Positions 36,001 to 49,200 of a DNA stretch of 64,000 bases are shown here, piece by piece. The position numbers were made by a program, and so were the translations under genes. The stretch covers positions 16,554,001 to 16,618,000 of the forward strand of contig NC_092672.1 in NCBI RefSeq assembly GCF_964355755.1. Direction: 5' to 3'. A model generated the notes under the pieces. The model had not been told where the DNA came from. It ran no database searches and saw nothing but the letters and a program-made list of their open reading frames with translations. Each line of letters opens with the position of its first letter. The first letter of the stretch is position 1. The stretch comes from Antedon mediterranea. Its lineage: Eukaryota; Animalia; Echinodermata.

Positions 36001-38807
36001 CGTGAGAGAGAAATAGATCAGCGAGAGAGAGAGAGATAGATCAGCGAGAGAGATAGATCAGCGAGAGAGAGATAGATAGATCAGAGAGAGAGATAGATCA
36101 GCGAGAGAAAGATAGATAGATCAGCGAGAGAGAGATAGATCAACGAGAGAGAGAGAGAGAGATAGATCAGCGAGACAGAGAGATAGATCAGCGAGAGAGA
36201 GATAGATCAGCGAGAGAGAGATAGATCAGCGATAGAGAGATAGATCAGCGAGAGAGAGATAGATCACCGAGAGAGAGATAGATCAGCGAGAGAGAGATAG
36301 ATCAGCGAGAGAGATAGATCAGCGAGAGAGAGATAGATCAGCGAGAAAGAGATAGATCAGCGAGAGAGAGATAGATCAGCGAGAGAGAGATAGATCAGCC
36401 AGAGAGAGATAGATAGATCAGCGAGAGAGAGAGAGAGAGAGATAGATCAGCTAGAGAGAGATAGATCAGCGAGAGAGAGATAGATCAGCAAGAGAGAGAT
36501 AGATCAGCGAGAGAGAGATAGATCAGCGAGAGAGAGAGATAGATCAGCGAGAGAGAGATTGATCAGCGAGACAGAGATAGATCAGCGAGAGAGATAGATA
36601 TGCGAGAGAAATATAGATCAGCGAGAGAGAGATAGATAGATCAGCGAGAGAGATAGATCAGCGAGAGAGAGAGATAGATAGATCAGCGAGAGAGAGATAG
36701 ATCAGCGAGAGAGAGAGAGATAGATCAGCGAGAGAGAGATAGATAGACCAGCGAGAGAGAGATAGATCAGCGAGAGAGAGATAGATCAGCGAGAGAGAGA
36801 GATAGATCCGCGAGAGAGAGGTAGATCAGCGAGAGAGAGAGAGAGAGATAGATCAGCGAGAGAGAGATAAAGAGATCAGCGAGAGAGAGAGGGAGATAGA
36901 TCAGCGAGAGGGAGAGAGAGAGAAATAGATAGATCAGCGAGAGAGAGATAGATAGAGAGATATATCAGCGAGAGAGAGATATATCAGCGTGAGAGAGAAA
37001 TAGATCAGCGAGAGAGAGAGATAGATCAGCGAGAGAGATAGATCAGCGAGAGAGAGATAGATAGATCAGAGAGAGAGATAGATCAGCGAGAGAGAGATAG
37101 ATAGATCAGCGAGAGAGAGATAGATCAACGAGAGAGAGAGAGAGAGATAGATCAGCGAGACAGAGAGATAGATCAGCGAGAGAGAGATAGATCAGCGAGA
37201 GAGAGATAGATCAGCGATAGAGAGATAGATCAGCGAGAGAGAGATAGATCACCGAGAGAGAGATAGATCAGCGAGAGAGAGATAGATCAGCGAGAGAGAT
37301 AGATCAGCGAGAGAGAGATAGATCAGCGAGAAAGAGATAGATCAGCGAGAGAGAGATAGATCAGCGAGAGAGAGATAGATCAGCCAGAGAGAGATAGATA
37401 GATCAGCGAGAGAGAGAGAGAGAGATAGATCAGTGAGAGAGAGATAGATCAGCGAGAGAGAGATAGATCAGCAAGAGAGAGATAGATCAGCGAGAGAGAT
37501 AGATCAGCGAGAGAGAGAGATAGATCAGCGAGAGAGAGATTGATCAGCGAGACAGAGATAGATCAGCGAGAGAGAGATTGATCAGCGAGAGAGAGATAGA
37601 TCAGCGAGAGAGAGATAGATCAGCGAGAGAGAGACAGATCAGCGGGGGAGAGATAGATCAGCGATAGAGAGATAGATCAGCGAGAGAGAGATAGATCAGC
37701 GAGAGGAGAGATAGATCAGCGAGAGTGAGTTAGATCAGCGAGAGAGATAGAGATAGATAGATCAGCGAGAGAGAGATAGAGAGATCAGCGAGAGAGAGAT
37801 AGATAGATCAGCGAGAGAGAGATAGATAGATCAGCGAGAGAGATAGATAGATCAGCGAGAGAGAGAGAGATAGATAGATCAGCGAGAGATAGATAGATCA
37901 GCGTGAGAGAGATAGATCAGCGACAGAGAGATAGATCAGCGAGAGAGAGATAGATCAGTGAAAGAGAGATAGATCAGCGAAAGAGAGATAGATCAGCGAG
38001 AGAGAGATAGATCAGCGAGAGAGATAGATCAGGGAGAAAGAGATAGATCAGCGAGAGAGAGATAGATCAGCGAGAGAGATATATCAGCGAGAGAGAGATA
38101 GATCAGCGAAAGAGAGATATATCAGCGGGAAAGAGATAGATCAGCGAGAGAGAGAGATAGATCAGCGAGAGAGATAGATCAGCGGCAAAGAGATAAATCA
38201 GCGAGATAGAGATATATCAGGAAGAGAGAGATAGATCAGCGAGAGAGATAGATCAGCGAGAGAGATAGATCAGCGAGAGAGATAGATCAGCGAGAGAGAG
38301 ATAGATCAGCGAGAGAGAGATAGATCAGCGAGAGATTGAGATAGATAGATCAACGAGAGAGAAATAGATCAGCGAGAGAGAGAGATAGATCAGGGAGAGA
38401 GAGATAGATCAGCGAGAAAGAGATAGATCAGCGAGAGAGAGAGATAGATCAGCGAAAGAGAGATAGATCAGCGAGAGAGATAGTTCAGCGAGAGAGAGAT
38501 ATATCAGCGAGAGAGAGATAGATCAGTGAGAGAGAGAGAGATCAGCAAGAGAGATATAGATCAGCGAGAGAGATAGATGAGCGAGAGAGAGATAGATCAG
38601 CGAGAGAGAGATAGATCAGTGAGAGAGAGATAGATCAGCGAGAGAGAGATAGATCAGCGAGAGAGAGATAGATCAGCGAGAGAGAGATAGGTCAGCTAGA
38701 GAGAGACAGATCAGCGAGAGAGAGATAGATCCGCGAGAGAGAGATAGATCAGCGAGAGAGAGATATATCAGCGAGAGAGAGATAGATCAGCGTGAGAGAG
38801 AGATAGA

Positions 38808-38838
<31 letters not shown>

Positions 38839-40000
38839 TAGATCCAGCGAGAGAGATAGATCAACGAGAGAAATATAGATCAGTGAGAGAGAGATAGATA
38901 GATCAGCGAGAGAGAGAGAGATAGATCAGCGAGAGGAGAGAGAGAGATAGATCAGCGAGAGAGAGATAGATCAGCGAGAGAGAGATAGATCAGCAAGAGA
39001 GAGAGAGATAGATCAGCGAGAGAGAGAGTTAGATCAGCGAGAGGAGAGAGAGAGATAGATCAGCGAGAGAGAGATAGATCAGCGAGAGAGAGATAGATCT
39101 GCGAGAGAGAGATAGATCAGCGAGAGAGAGATAGATCACCGAGAGAAAGATAGATCAGCAAGAGAGAGAGAGATAGATCAGCGAGAGAGAGATAGATCAG
39201 CGAGAGAGATAGATCAGCGAGAAAGAGAGAGATAGATCAGCGAGAGAGAGAGAGAGATAGATCAGCGAGAGAGAGATAGATCAGCGAGAGAGATAGATCA
39301 GCGAGAGAGATAGATCAGCGAGAGAGATAGATCAGCGAGAGAGATAGATAGATTAGCGAGAGAGAGATAGATCAGCAAGAGAGAGATAGATCAGCGTGAG
39401 AGAGATAGATCAGCGACAGAGAGATAGATCAGCAAGAGAGAGACAGATCAGTGACAGAGAGATAGATCAGCGAAAGAGAAATAGATCAGCGAGAGAGAGA
39501 TAGATAAGCGAGAGAGAAATAGATCAACCGAGAGAGAGATAGATCAGCGAGAGAGAGAGATAGATCAGGGAGATAGAGATAGATCAGCGAGAGAGAGATA
39601 GATCAGCGAGAGAGAGAGAGAGAAAGATCAACGAGAGAGAGATAGATCAGCGAGAGAGAGAGATAGATCAGGGAGAGAGAGATAGATCAGCGAGAGAGAG
39701 AGATAGATCAGCGAGAGAGATAGATCAGCGAGAGAGATAGATCAGCGAGAGAGAGAGGATAGATCAGCGAGTGAGAGAGATAGATCAGCGAGAGAGAGAT
39801 AGATCAGCGAGAGAGAGAGAGATAGATCAGCGAGAGAGAGATAGATCAGCGAAAGAGAGACAGATCCGCGAGAGAGAGAGAGAGAGATAGATCAGCGAGA
39901 GAGAGAGAGAGATCAGCAAGAGAGAAATAGATCAGCGAGAGAGATAGATCAGCGAGAGAGAGATAGATCAGCGAAAGAGAGAGATAGATCAGTGAGAGAG
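30100..40000 (+). repeat. ~5.1-kb tandem higher-order duplication (boundaries approximate)
   Basis: GGCAAAG 33078/38184, ATTGAG 33231/38335, GGTCAGCTAG 33586/38690. Offsets are 5104-5106. Confidence 0.85.
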
Positions 40001-40723
40001 AGATAGATCAGCGAGAGAGAGATAGATCAGCGAGAGAGAGATAGATCAGCGAGAGAGAGATAGATCAGCGAGAGAGAAAGATAGATACGCGAGAGAAAGA
40101 GATATAGATCCGCGAGAGAGAGATATATCAGCGAGAGAGAGATATATCAGCGTGAGAGAGATCAGCCAGAGAGAGATAGATCAGCGAGAGAGATAGATCA
40201 GCGAGAGAAATATAGATCAGCGAGAGAGAGATAGATAGATCAGCGAGAGAGATAGATCAGCGAGAGAGAGAGATAGATAGATCAGCGAGAGAGAGATAGA
40301 TCAGCGAGAGAGAGAGAGATAGATCAGCGAGAGAGAGATAGATAGACCAGCGAGAGAGAGATAGATCAGCGGGAGAGAGATAGATCAGCGAGAGAGAGAG
40401 AGATAGATCCGCGAGAGAGAGGTAGATCAGCGAGAGAGAGAGAGAGATAGATCAGCGAGAGAGAGATAAAGAGATCAGCGAGAGAGAGAGGGAGATAGAT
40501 CAGCGAGAGGGAGAGAGAGAGAGATAGATAGATCAGCGAGAGAGAGATAGATAGAGAGATATATCAGCGAGAGAGAGATATATCAGCGTGAGAGAGAAAT
40601 AGATCAGCGAGAGAAAGAGATAGATCAGCGAGAGAGATAGATCAGCGAGAGAGAGATAGATAGATCAGAGAGAGAGATAGATCAGCGAGAGAGAGATAGA
40701 TAGATCAGCGAGAGAGAGATAGA

Positions 40724-40762
<39 letters not shown>

Positions 40763-43700
40763 TCAGCGAGACAGATCAGCGAGAGAGAGATAGATCAGCG
40801 AGAGAGAGATAGATCAGCGATAGAGAGATAGATCAGCGAGAGAAATAGATCACCGAGAGAGAAATAGATCAGCGAGAGAGAGATAGATCAGCGAGAGAGA
40901 GATAGATCAGCGAGAGAGAGATAGATCAGCGAGAAAGAGATAGATCAGCGAGAGAGAGATAGATCAGCGAGAGAGAGATAGATCAGCCAGAGAGAGATAG
41001 ATAGATCAGCGAGAGAGAGAGAGAGATAGATCAGCGAGAGAGAGATAGATCAGCGAGAGAAAGATAGATCAGCAAGAGAGAGATAGATCAGCGAGAGAGA
41101 GATAGATCAGCGAGAGAGAGAGATAGATCAGCGAGAGAGAGATTGATCAGCGAGACAGAGATAGATCAGCGGAGAGAGATTGATCAGCGAGAGAGAGATA
41201 GATCAGCGAGAGAGAGATAGATCAGCGAGAGAGAGACAGATCAGCGGGGGAGAGATAGATCAGGCGATAGAGAGATAGATCAGCGAGAGAGAGATATAGA
41301 TCAGCGAGAGGAGAGATAGATCAGTGAGAGTGAGTTAGATCAGCGAGAGAGATAGAGATAGATAGATCAGCGAGAGAGAGATAGATAGATCAGCGAGAGA
41401 GAGATAGATAGATCAGCGAGAGAGAGATAGATAGATCAGCGAGAGAGATAGATAGATCAGCGAGAGAGAGAGAGATAGATAGATCAGCGAGAGATAGATA
41501 GATCAGCGTGAGAGAGATAGATCAGCGACAGAGAGATAGATCAGCGAGAGAGAGAGATAGATCAGTGAAAGAGAGATAGATCAGCGAAAGAGAGATAGAT
41601 CAGCGAGAGAGAGATAGATCAGCGAGAGAGATAGATCAGGGAGAAAGAGATAGATCAGCGAGAGAGAGATAGATCAGCGAGAGAGATATATCAGCGAGAG
41701 AGAGATAGATCAGCGAAAGAGAGATATATCAGCGGGAGAGAGATAGATCAGCGAGAGAGAGAGATAGATCAGCGAGAGAGATAGATCAGCGGCAAAGAGA
41801 TAAATCAGCGAGATAGAGATATATCAGGAAGAGAGAGATAGATCAGCGAGAGAGATAGATCAGCGAGAGAGATAGATCAGCGAGAGAGAGATAGATCAGC
41901 GAGAGAGAGATAGATCAGCGAGAGAGAGAGAGATAGTTCAGTTAGAGAGATAGATAAATTAGCGAGAGATAGATAGATCAGCGAGAGAGAGATAGATCAG
42001 CGTGAGAGAGATAGATCAGCGTGAGAGAGAGATAGATCAGCGAGAGAGAGATTGATCAGCGAGAGAGAGATAGATCAGCGAGAGAGAGATAGATCAGCGA
42101 GATAGATATAGATAGATATAGATCAGCGAGAGGAGAGATAGATCAGCGAGAGAGAGATAGATCAGCGAGAGAGATAGAGATAGATAGATCAGCGACAGAG
42201 AGATAGATAGATCAGCGACAGAGAGATAGATAGATCAGCGAGAGAGAGATAGATAGATCAGCGAGAGAGAGATAGATAGATCAGCGAGAGAGATAGATAG
42301 ATCAGCGAGAGAGAGAGATAGATAGATCAGCGAGAGAGAGATAGATAGATCAGTGAGAGAGAGATAGATAGATCAGCGTGAGAGAGATAGATAGATCAGA
42401 GAGAGAGATAGATAGATCAGCGAGAGAGATAGATCAGCGAGAGAGAGATATATCAGCGAGAGAGAGATAGATCAGTGAGAGAGAGAGAGATCAGCAAGAG
42501 AGATGTAGATCAGCGAGAGAGATAGATGAGCGAGAGAGAGATAGATCAGCGAGAGAGAGATAGATCAGTGAGAGAGAGATAGATCAGCAAGAGAGAGATA
42601 GATCAGCGAAAGAGAGATAGATCAGCGAGAGAGAGATAGATCAGCTAGAGAGAGATAGATCAGCGAGAGAGAGAGATAGATCCGCGAGAGAGAGATAGAT
42701 CAGCGAGAGAGAGATATATCAGCGAGAGAGAGATAGATCAGCGTGAGAGAGAGATAGATCAGCGAGAGAGAGAGAGATAGATCAGCGAGAGAGATAGATC
42801 AACGAGAGAAATATAGATCAGTGAGAGAGAGATAGATAGATCAGCGAGAGAGAGAGAGAGATAGATCAGCGAGAGGAGAGAGAGAGATAGATCAGCGAGA
42901 GAGAGATAGATCAGCGAGAGAGAGATAGATCAGCGAGAGAGAGAGAGAGATAGATCAGCGAGAGAGAGAGAGATAGATCAGCGAGAGAGAGATAGATCAG
43001 CGAGAGAGAGATAGATCAGCGAGAGAGAGATAGATCAGCGAGAGAGAGATAGATCACCGAGAGAAAGATAGATCAGCGAGAGAGAGAGAGATAGATCAGC
43101 GAGAGAGAGATAGATCAGCGAGAGAGATAGATCAGCGAGAAAGAGAGAGATAGATCAGCGAGAGAGAGATAGATAGATAGATCAGCGAGAGAGAGATAGG
43201 TAGATCAGCGAGAGAGAGAGATAGATAGATCAGCGAGAGAGAGAGAGAGAGAGTAGATCAGCGAGAGAGAGATAGATCAGCGAGAGATAGATCAGCGAGA
43301 GAGATAGATCAGCGAGAAAGATAGATCAGCGAGAGAGATAGATAGATTAGCGAGAGAGAGATAGATCAGCGAGAGAGAGATAGATCAGCGTGAGAGAGAT
43401 AGATCAGCGACAGAGAGATAGATCAGCAAGAGAGAGATAGATCAGTGACAGAGAGATAGATCAGCGAAAGAGAGATAGATAAGCGAGAGAGAGATAGATA
43501 AGCGAGAGAGAGATAGATCAACGAGAGAGAGATAGATCAGCGAGAGAGAGAGATAGATCAGGGAGATAGAGATAGATCAGCGAGAGAGAGATAGATCAGC
43601 GAGAGAGAGAGAGAGAGAGAGAAAGATCAACGAGAGAGAGATAGATCAGCGAGAGAGAGAGATAGATCAAGGAGAGAGAGATAGATCAGCGAGAGAGAGA

Positions 43701-46217
43701 TAGATCAGCGAGAGAGATAGATCAGCGAGAGAGAGATAGATCAGCGAGAGAGATAGATCAGCGAGAGAGAGATAGATCAGCGAGTGAGAGAGATAGATCA
43801 GCGAGAGAGAGATAGATCAGCGAGAGAGAGAGAGATAGATCAGCGAGAGAGAGATAGATCAGCGAAAGAGAGACAGATCCGCGAGAGAGAGAGATAGATA
43901 AGCGAGAGAGAGAGAGAGAGAGATCAGCAAGAGAGAGATAGATCAGCGAGAGAGAGATAGATCAGCGAGAGAGAGAGAGATAGATCAGTGAGAGAGAGAT
44001 AGATCAGCAAGAGAGAGATAGATCAGCGAGAGAGAGATAGATCAGCGAGAGAGAGATAGATCAGCGAGAGAGAAAGATAGATACGCGAGAGAAAGAGAGA
44101 TAGATCCGCGAGAGAGAGATATATCAGCAAGAGAGAGATATATCAGCGTGAGAGAGAGATAGATAAGCGAGAGAGAGATAGATCAGCGAGAGAGATAGAT
44201 CAGCGAGAGAAATATAGATCAGCGAGAGAGAGATAGATAGATCAGCGAGAGAGATAGATCAGCGAGAGAGAGAGATAGATAGATCAGCGAGAGAGAGATA
44301 GATCAGCGAGAGAGAGAGAGATAGATCAGCGAGAGAGAGATAGATAGACCAGCGAGAGAGAGATAGATCAGCGAGAGAGAGATAGATCAGCGAGAGAGAG
44401 AGATAGATCCGCGAGAGAGAGGTAGATCAGCGAGAAAGAGAGAGAGATAGATCAGCGAGAGAGAGATAAAGTGATCAGCGAGAGAGAGAGGGAGATAGAT
44501 CAGCGAGAGAGAAAGAGAGAGATAGATAGATCAGCGAGAGAGAGATAGATAGAGAGATATATCAGAGAGAGAGAGAGATATATCAGCGTGAGAGAGAAAT
44601 AGATCAGCGAGAGAGAGATAGATCAGCGAGAGAGATAGATCAGCGAGAGAGAGAGATAGATAGATCAGAGAGAGAGATAGATCAGCGAGAGAGAGATAGA
44701 TAGATCAGCGAGAGAGAGATAGATCAGCGAGACAGAGAGAGATAGATCAGCGAGACAGAGAGATAGATCAGCGAGAGAGAGATAGATCAGCGAGAGAGAG
44801 ATAGATCAGCGATAGAGAGATAGATCAGCGAGAGAGAGATAGATCACCGAGAGAGAGATAGATCAGCGAGAGAGAGATAGATCAGCGAGAGAGAGATAGA
44901 TCAGCGAGAGAGAGATAGATCAGCGAGAAAGAGATAGATCAGCGAGAGAGAGATAGATCAGCGAGAGAGAGATAGATCAGCCAGAGAGAGATAGATAGAT
45001 CAGCGAGAGAGAGATAGATCAGCGAGAGAGAGATAGATCAGCGAGAGAGAGAGATACATCAGCGAGAGAGAGATAGATCAGCGAGAGAGAGATAGATCAG
45101 CGAGAGAGAGAGGTAGATCAGCGAGAGAGAGAGAGATAGATCAGCGAGAGAGAGATAGATAGATCAGCGAGAGAGAGATAGATCAGCGACAGAGAGATAG
45201 ATAGATCATCGAGAGAGATATAGATCAGCGAGAGAGAGATAGATAAGCGACAGAGAGATAGATCAGCGACAGAGAGATAGATCAGCGACAGAGAGATAGA
45301 TCAGCGAAAGAGAGATAGATCAGCGAGAGAGAGATAGATCAGCGAGAGAGAGATAGATCAGCGAGAGAGAGATAGATCAGCGAGAGAGTGATAGATCAGC
45401 GAGAGAGAGAGATAGATCAGGGAGAGAGAGATAGATCAGCGAGAGAGAGATAGATCAGCGAGAGAGAGATAGATCTGCGAGAGAGATAGATCAGCGAGAG
45501 AGAGATAGATCAGCGAGAGAGAGAGATAGATCAGCGAGAGAGATAGATCAGCGAGAAAGAGATAGATCAGCAAGAGAGAGATTGATCAGCGAGAGAGACA
45601 TAGATCAGCGAGAGAGAGAGAGATAGATCAGCGAGAGAGAGATAGATCAGCGAGAGAGAGATAGATAGATAGATTAGCGAGAGAGAGATAGGTAGATCAG
45701 CGAGAGAGAGAGAGAGAGATAGATAGATCAGCGAGAGAGAGATAGATAGATCAGTGAGAGAGAGAGAGAGAGATAGATAGATCAGCGAGAGAGAGATAGA
45801 TAGATCAGCGAGAGAGAGATAGATAGATCAGCGAGAGAGAGAGATAGATAGATCAGCGAGAGAGAGATAGATAGATCAGTGAGAGAGAGAGAGATAGATC
45901 AGCGAGAGAGAGAGAGAGATAGATCAGCGAGAGAGAGAGAGATAGATCAGCGAGAGAGAGATAAATAGATCAGCGAGAGAGAGAGAGAGAGATAGATCAG
46001 CGAGAGAGAGATAGATAGATCAGCGAGAGAGAGATAGATAGATCAGCGAGAGAGAGAGATAGATCAACCAGAGAGAGATAGATAGATCAGCGAGAGAGAG
46101 AGAGAGAGAGGGATAGATCAGCCAGAGAGAGATAGATAGATCAGCGAGAGAGAGAGAGAGAGAGAGATAGATCAGCCAGAGAGAGATAGATAGATCAGCG
46201 AGAGAGAGATAGATAGA

Positions 46218-46270
<53 letters not shown>

Positions 46271-49200
46271 TCAGCGAGAGAGAGATAGATCAGCGAGAGA
46301 AATATAGATCAGCGTGAGAGAGAGATATATCAGCGAGAGAGATAGATCAGCGAGAGAAAGATAGATCAGCGAGAGAAATAATTGATCAGCGAGAGAGAGA
46401 TAGATCAGCGAGAGAGAGATAGATCAGCGAGAGAGAGATAAATCAGTTAGAGAGAAATAGATCAGCGAGAGAGAGATAGATCAGCGAGAGAGAGATAGAT
46501 CTGCGAGAAAGAGAGATAGATCAGCGAGATAGATAGATCAGCGAGAGAGAGATAGATCAGCGTGAGAGAGATAGTTCAGCGTGAGAGAGAGAGATAGATC
46601 AGCAAGAGAGAGAGATTGATCAGCGAGAGAGAGATAGATCAGCGAGAGAGAGATAGATCAGCGAGAGAGAGATAGATCAGCGAGATAGAGATAGATCAGC
46701 GAGAGGAGAGATAGATCAGCAAGAGAGAGATAGATCAGCGAGAGAGATAGAGATAGATAGATCAGCGACAGAGAGATAGATAGATCAGCGACAGAGAGAT
46801 AGATAGATCAGCGAGAGAGAGAGATAGATAGATCAGCGAAAGAGAGATAGATAGATCAGCGAGAGAGATAGATAGATCAGCGAGAGAGAGAGATAGATAG
46901 ATCAGCGAGAGAGAGATAGATAGATCAGTGAGAGAGAGAGATAGATAGATCAGCGAGAGAGAGATAGATAGATCAGAGAGAGAGATAGATAGATCAGCGA
47001 GAGAGAGATAGATAGATCAGCGAGAGAGAGATAGATAGATCAGCGAGAAGGAGAGAGATAGATCAGCGAGAGAGAGAGAGATAGATCAGCGAGAGAGAGA
47101 TAGATAGATCAGCGAGAAAGAGAGAGAGAGAGAGAGAGTGATAGATCAGCCAGAGAGAGATATAGAAAGATCAGCGAGAGAGAGAGAGAGATAGATCAGC
47201 GAGAGAGAGATAGATAGATAGATCAGCGAGAGAGAGATAGGTAGATCAGCGAGAGAGAGAGAGAGATAGATAGATCAGCGAGAGAGAGAGAGAGATAGAT
47301 CAGCGAGAGAGATAGATCAGCGAGAGAGATAGATCAGCGAGAGAGATAGATCAGCGAGAGAGAGATAGATCAGCGAGTGAGAGATAGATCAGCGAGAGAG
47401 AGAGATAGATCAGCAAGAGAGATAGATAGATTAGCAAGAGAGAGATAGATCAGCGAGAGAGAGATAGATCAGCGTGAGAGAGATAGATCAGCGACAGAGA
47501 GATAGATCAGCAAGAGAGAGATAGATCAGTGACAGAGAGATAGATCAGCGAAAGAGAGATAGATCAGCGAGTGAGAGATAGATAAGCGAGTGCGAGAGAG
47601 AGATCAACGAGAGAGAGAGATAGATCAGCGAGAAAGAGATAGATCAGGGAGAGAGAGATAGATCAGCGAGAGAGAGATAGATCAGCGAGAGAGAGAGATA
47701 GATCAACGAGAGAGAGATAGATCAGCGAGAGAGATAGATCAGGGAGAGAGAGATAGATCAGCGAGAGAGAGATAAATCAGCGAGAGAGATAGATCAGCGA
47801 GAGAGAGATAGATCAGCGAGAGAGAGAGATAGATCAGCGAGAGAGAGATAGATCAGCGAGAGAGAGAGAGATAGATCAGCGAGAGAGAGATATATCAGCG
47901 AAAGAGAGACAGATCCGCGAGAGAGAGAGAGATAGATCAGCGAAAGAGAAAGATCAGCGAGAGAGAGATAGATCAGCGAGAGAGAGATAGATAGATCAGC
48001 GAGAAGGAGATAGAAAGATCAGCGAGAGAGAGAGAGAGATAGAAAGATCAGCGAGAGAGAGATAGATCAGCGTGAGAGAGATAGATCAGCGAGAGAGAGA
48101 GATAGATCAGTGAGAGAGAGAGATAGATCAGCGAGATAGATAGATCAGCGAGAGAGAGATAGATCAGCGAGAAAGAGAGAGAGATAGATCAGCGAGAGAG
48201 ATAGATCAGCGAGAGAGAGATAGATCAGCGAGAGAGAGAGATAGATCAGCGAGAGAGAGATAGATCAGCGAGAGAGAGATAGATCAGCGAGAGAGATAGA
48301 TCAGCGAGAAAGAGATAGATCAGCGAGAGAGAGATAGATCAGCGAGAGAGAGATAGATCAGCGAGAGAGAGAGATAGATCAGCGAGAGAGAGATAGATCA
48401 GCGAGAGAGAGATAGATCAGCGAGAGAGAGAGGTAGATCAGCGAGAGAGAGAGAGATAGATCAGCGAGAGAGAGATAGATAGATCAGCGAGAGAGAGATA
48501 GATCAGCGACAGAGAGATAGATAGATCAGCGAGAGAGATATAGATCAGCGAGAGAGAGATAGATAGATCAGCGAGTGAGAGATAGATAAGCGACAGAGAG
48601 ATAGATCAGCGACAGAGAGATAGATCAGCGACAGAGAGATAGATCAGCGAAAGAGAGATAGATCAGCGAGAGAGAGATAGATCAGCGAGAGAGAGATAGA
48701 TCAGCGAGAGAGAGATAGATCAGCGAGAGAGTGATAGATCAGCGAGAGAGAGAGATAGATCAGGGAGAGAGATATAGATCAGCGAGAGAGAGATAGATCA
48801 GCGAGAGAGAGATAGATCTGCGAGAGAGATAGATCAGCGAGAGAGAGATAGATCAGCGAGAGAGAGATAGATCAGCGAGAGAGATAGATCAGCGAGAAAG
48901 AGATAGATCAGCGAGAGAGAGATAGATCAGCGAGAGAGACATAGATCAGCGAGAGAGAGAGAGAGATAGATCAGCGAGAGAGAGATAGATCAGCGAGAGA
49001 GAGATAGATAGATAGATCAGCGAGAGAGAGATAGGTAGATCAGCGAGAGAGAGAGAGAGAGATAGATAGATCAGTGAGAGAGAGAGAGAGATAGATAGAT
49101 CAGCGAGAGAGAGATATATAGATCAGCGAGAGAGAGATAGATAGATCAGCGAGAGAGAGAGATAGATAGATCAGCGAGAGAGAGATAGATAGATCAGTGA

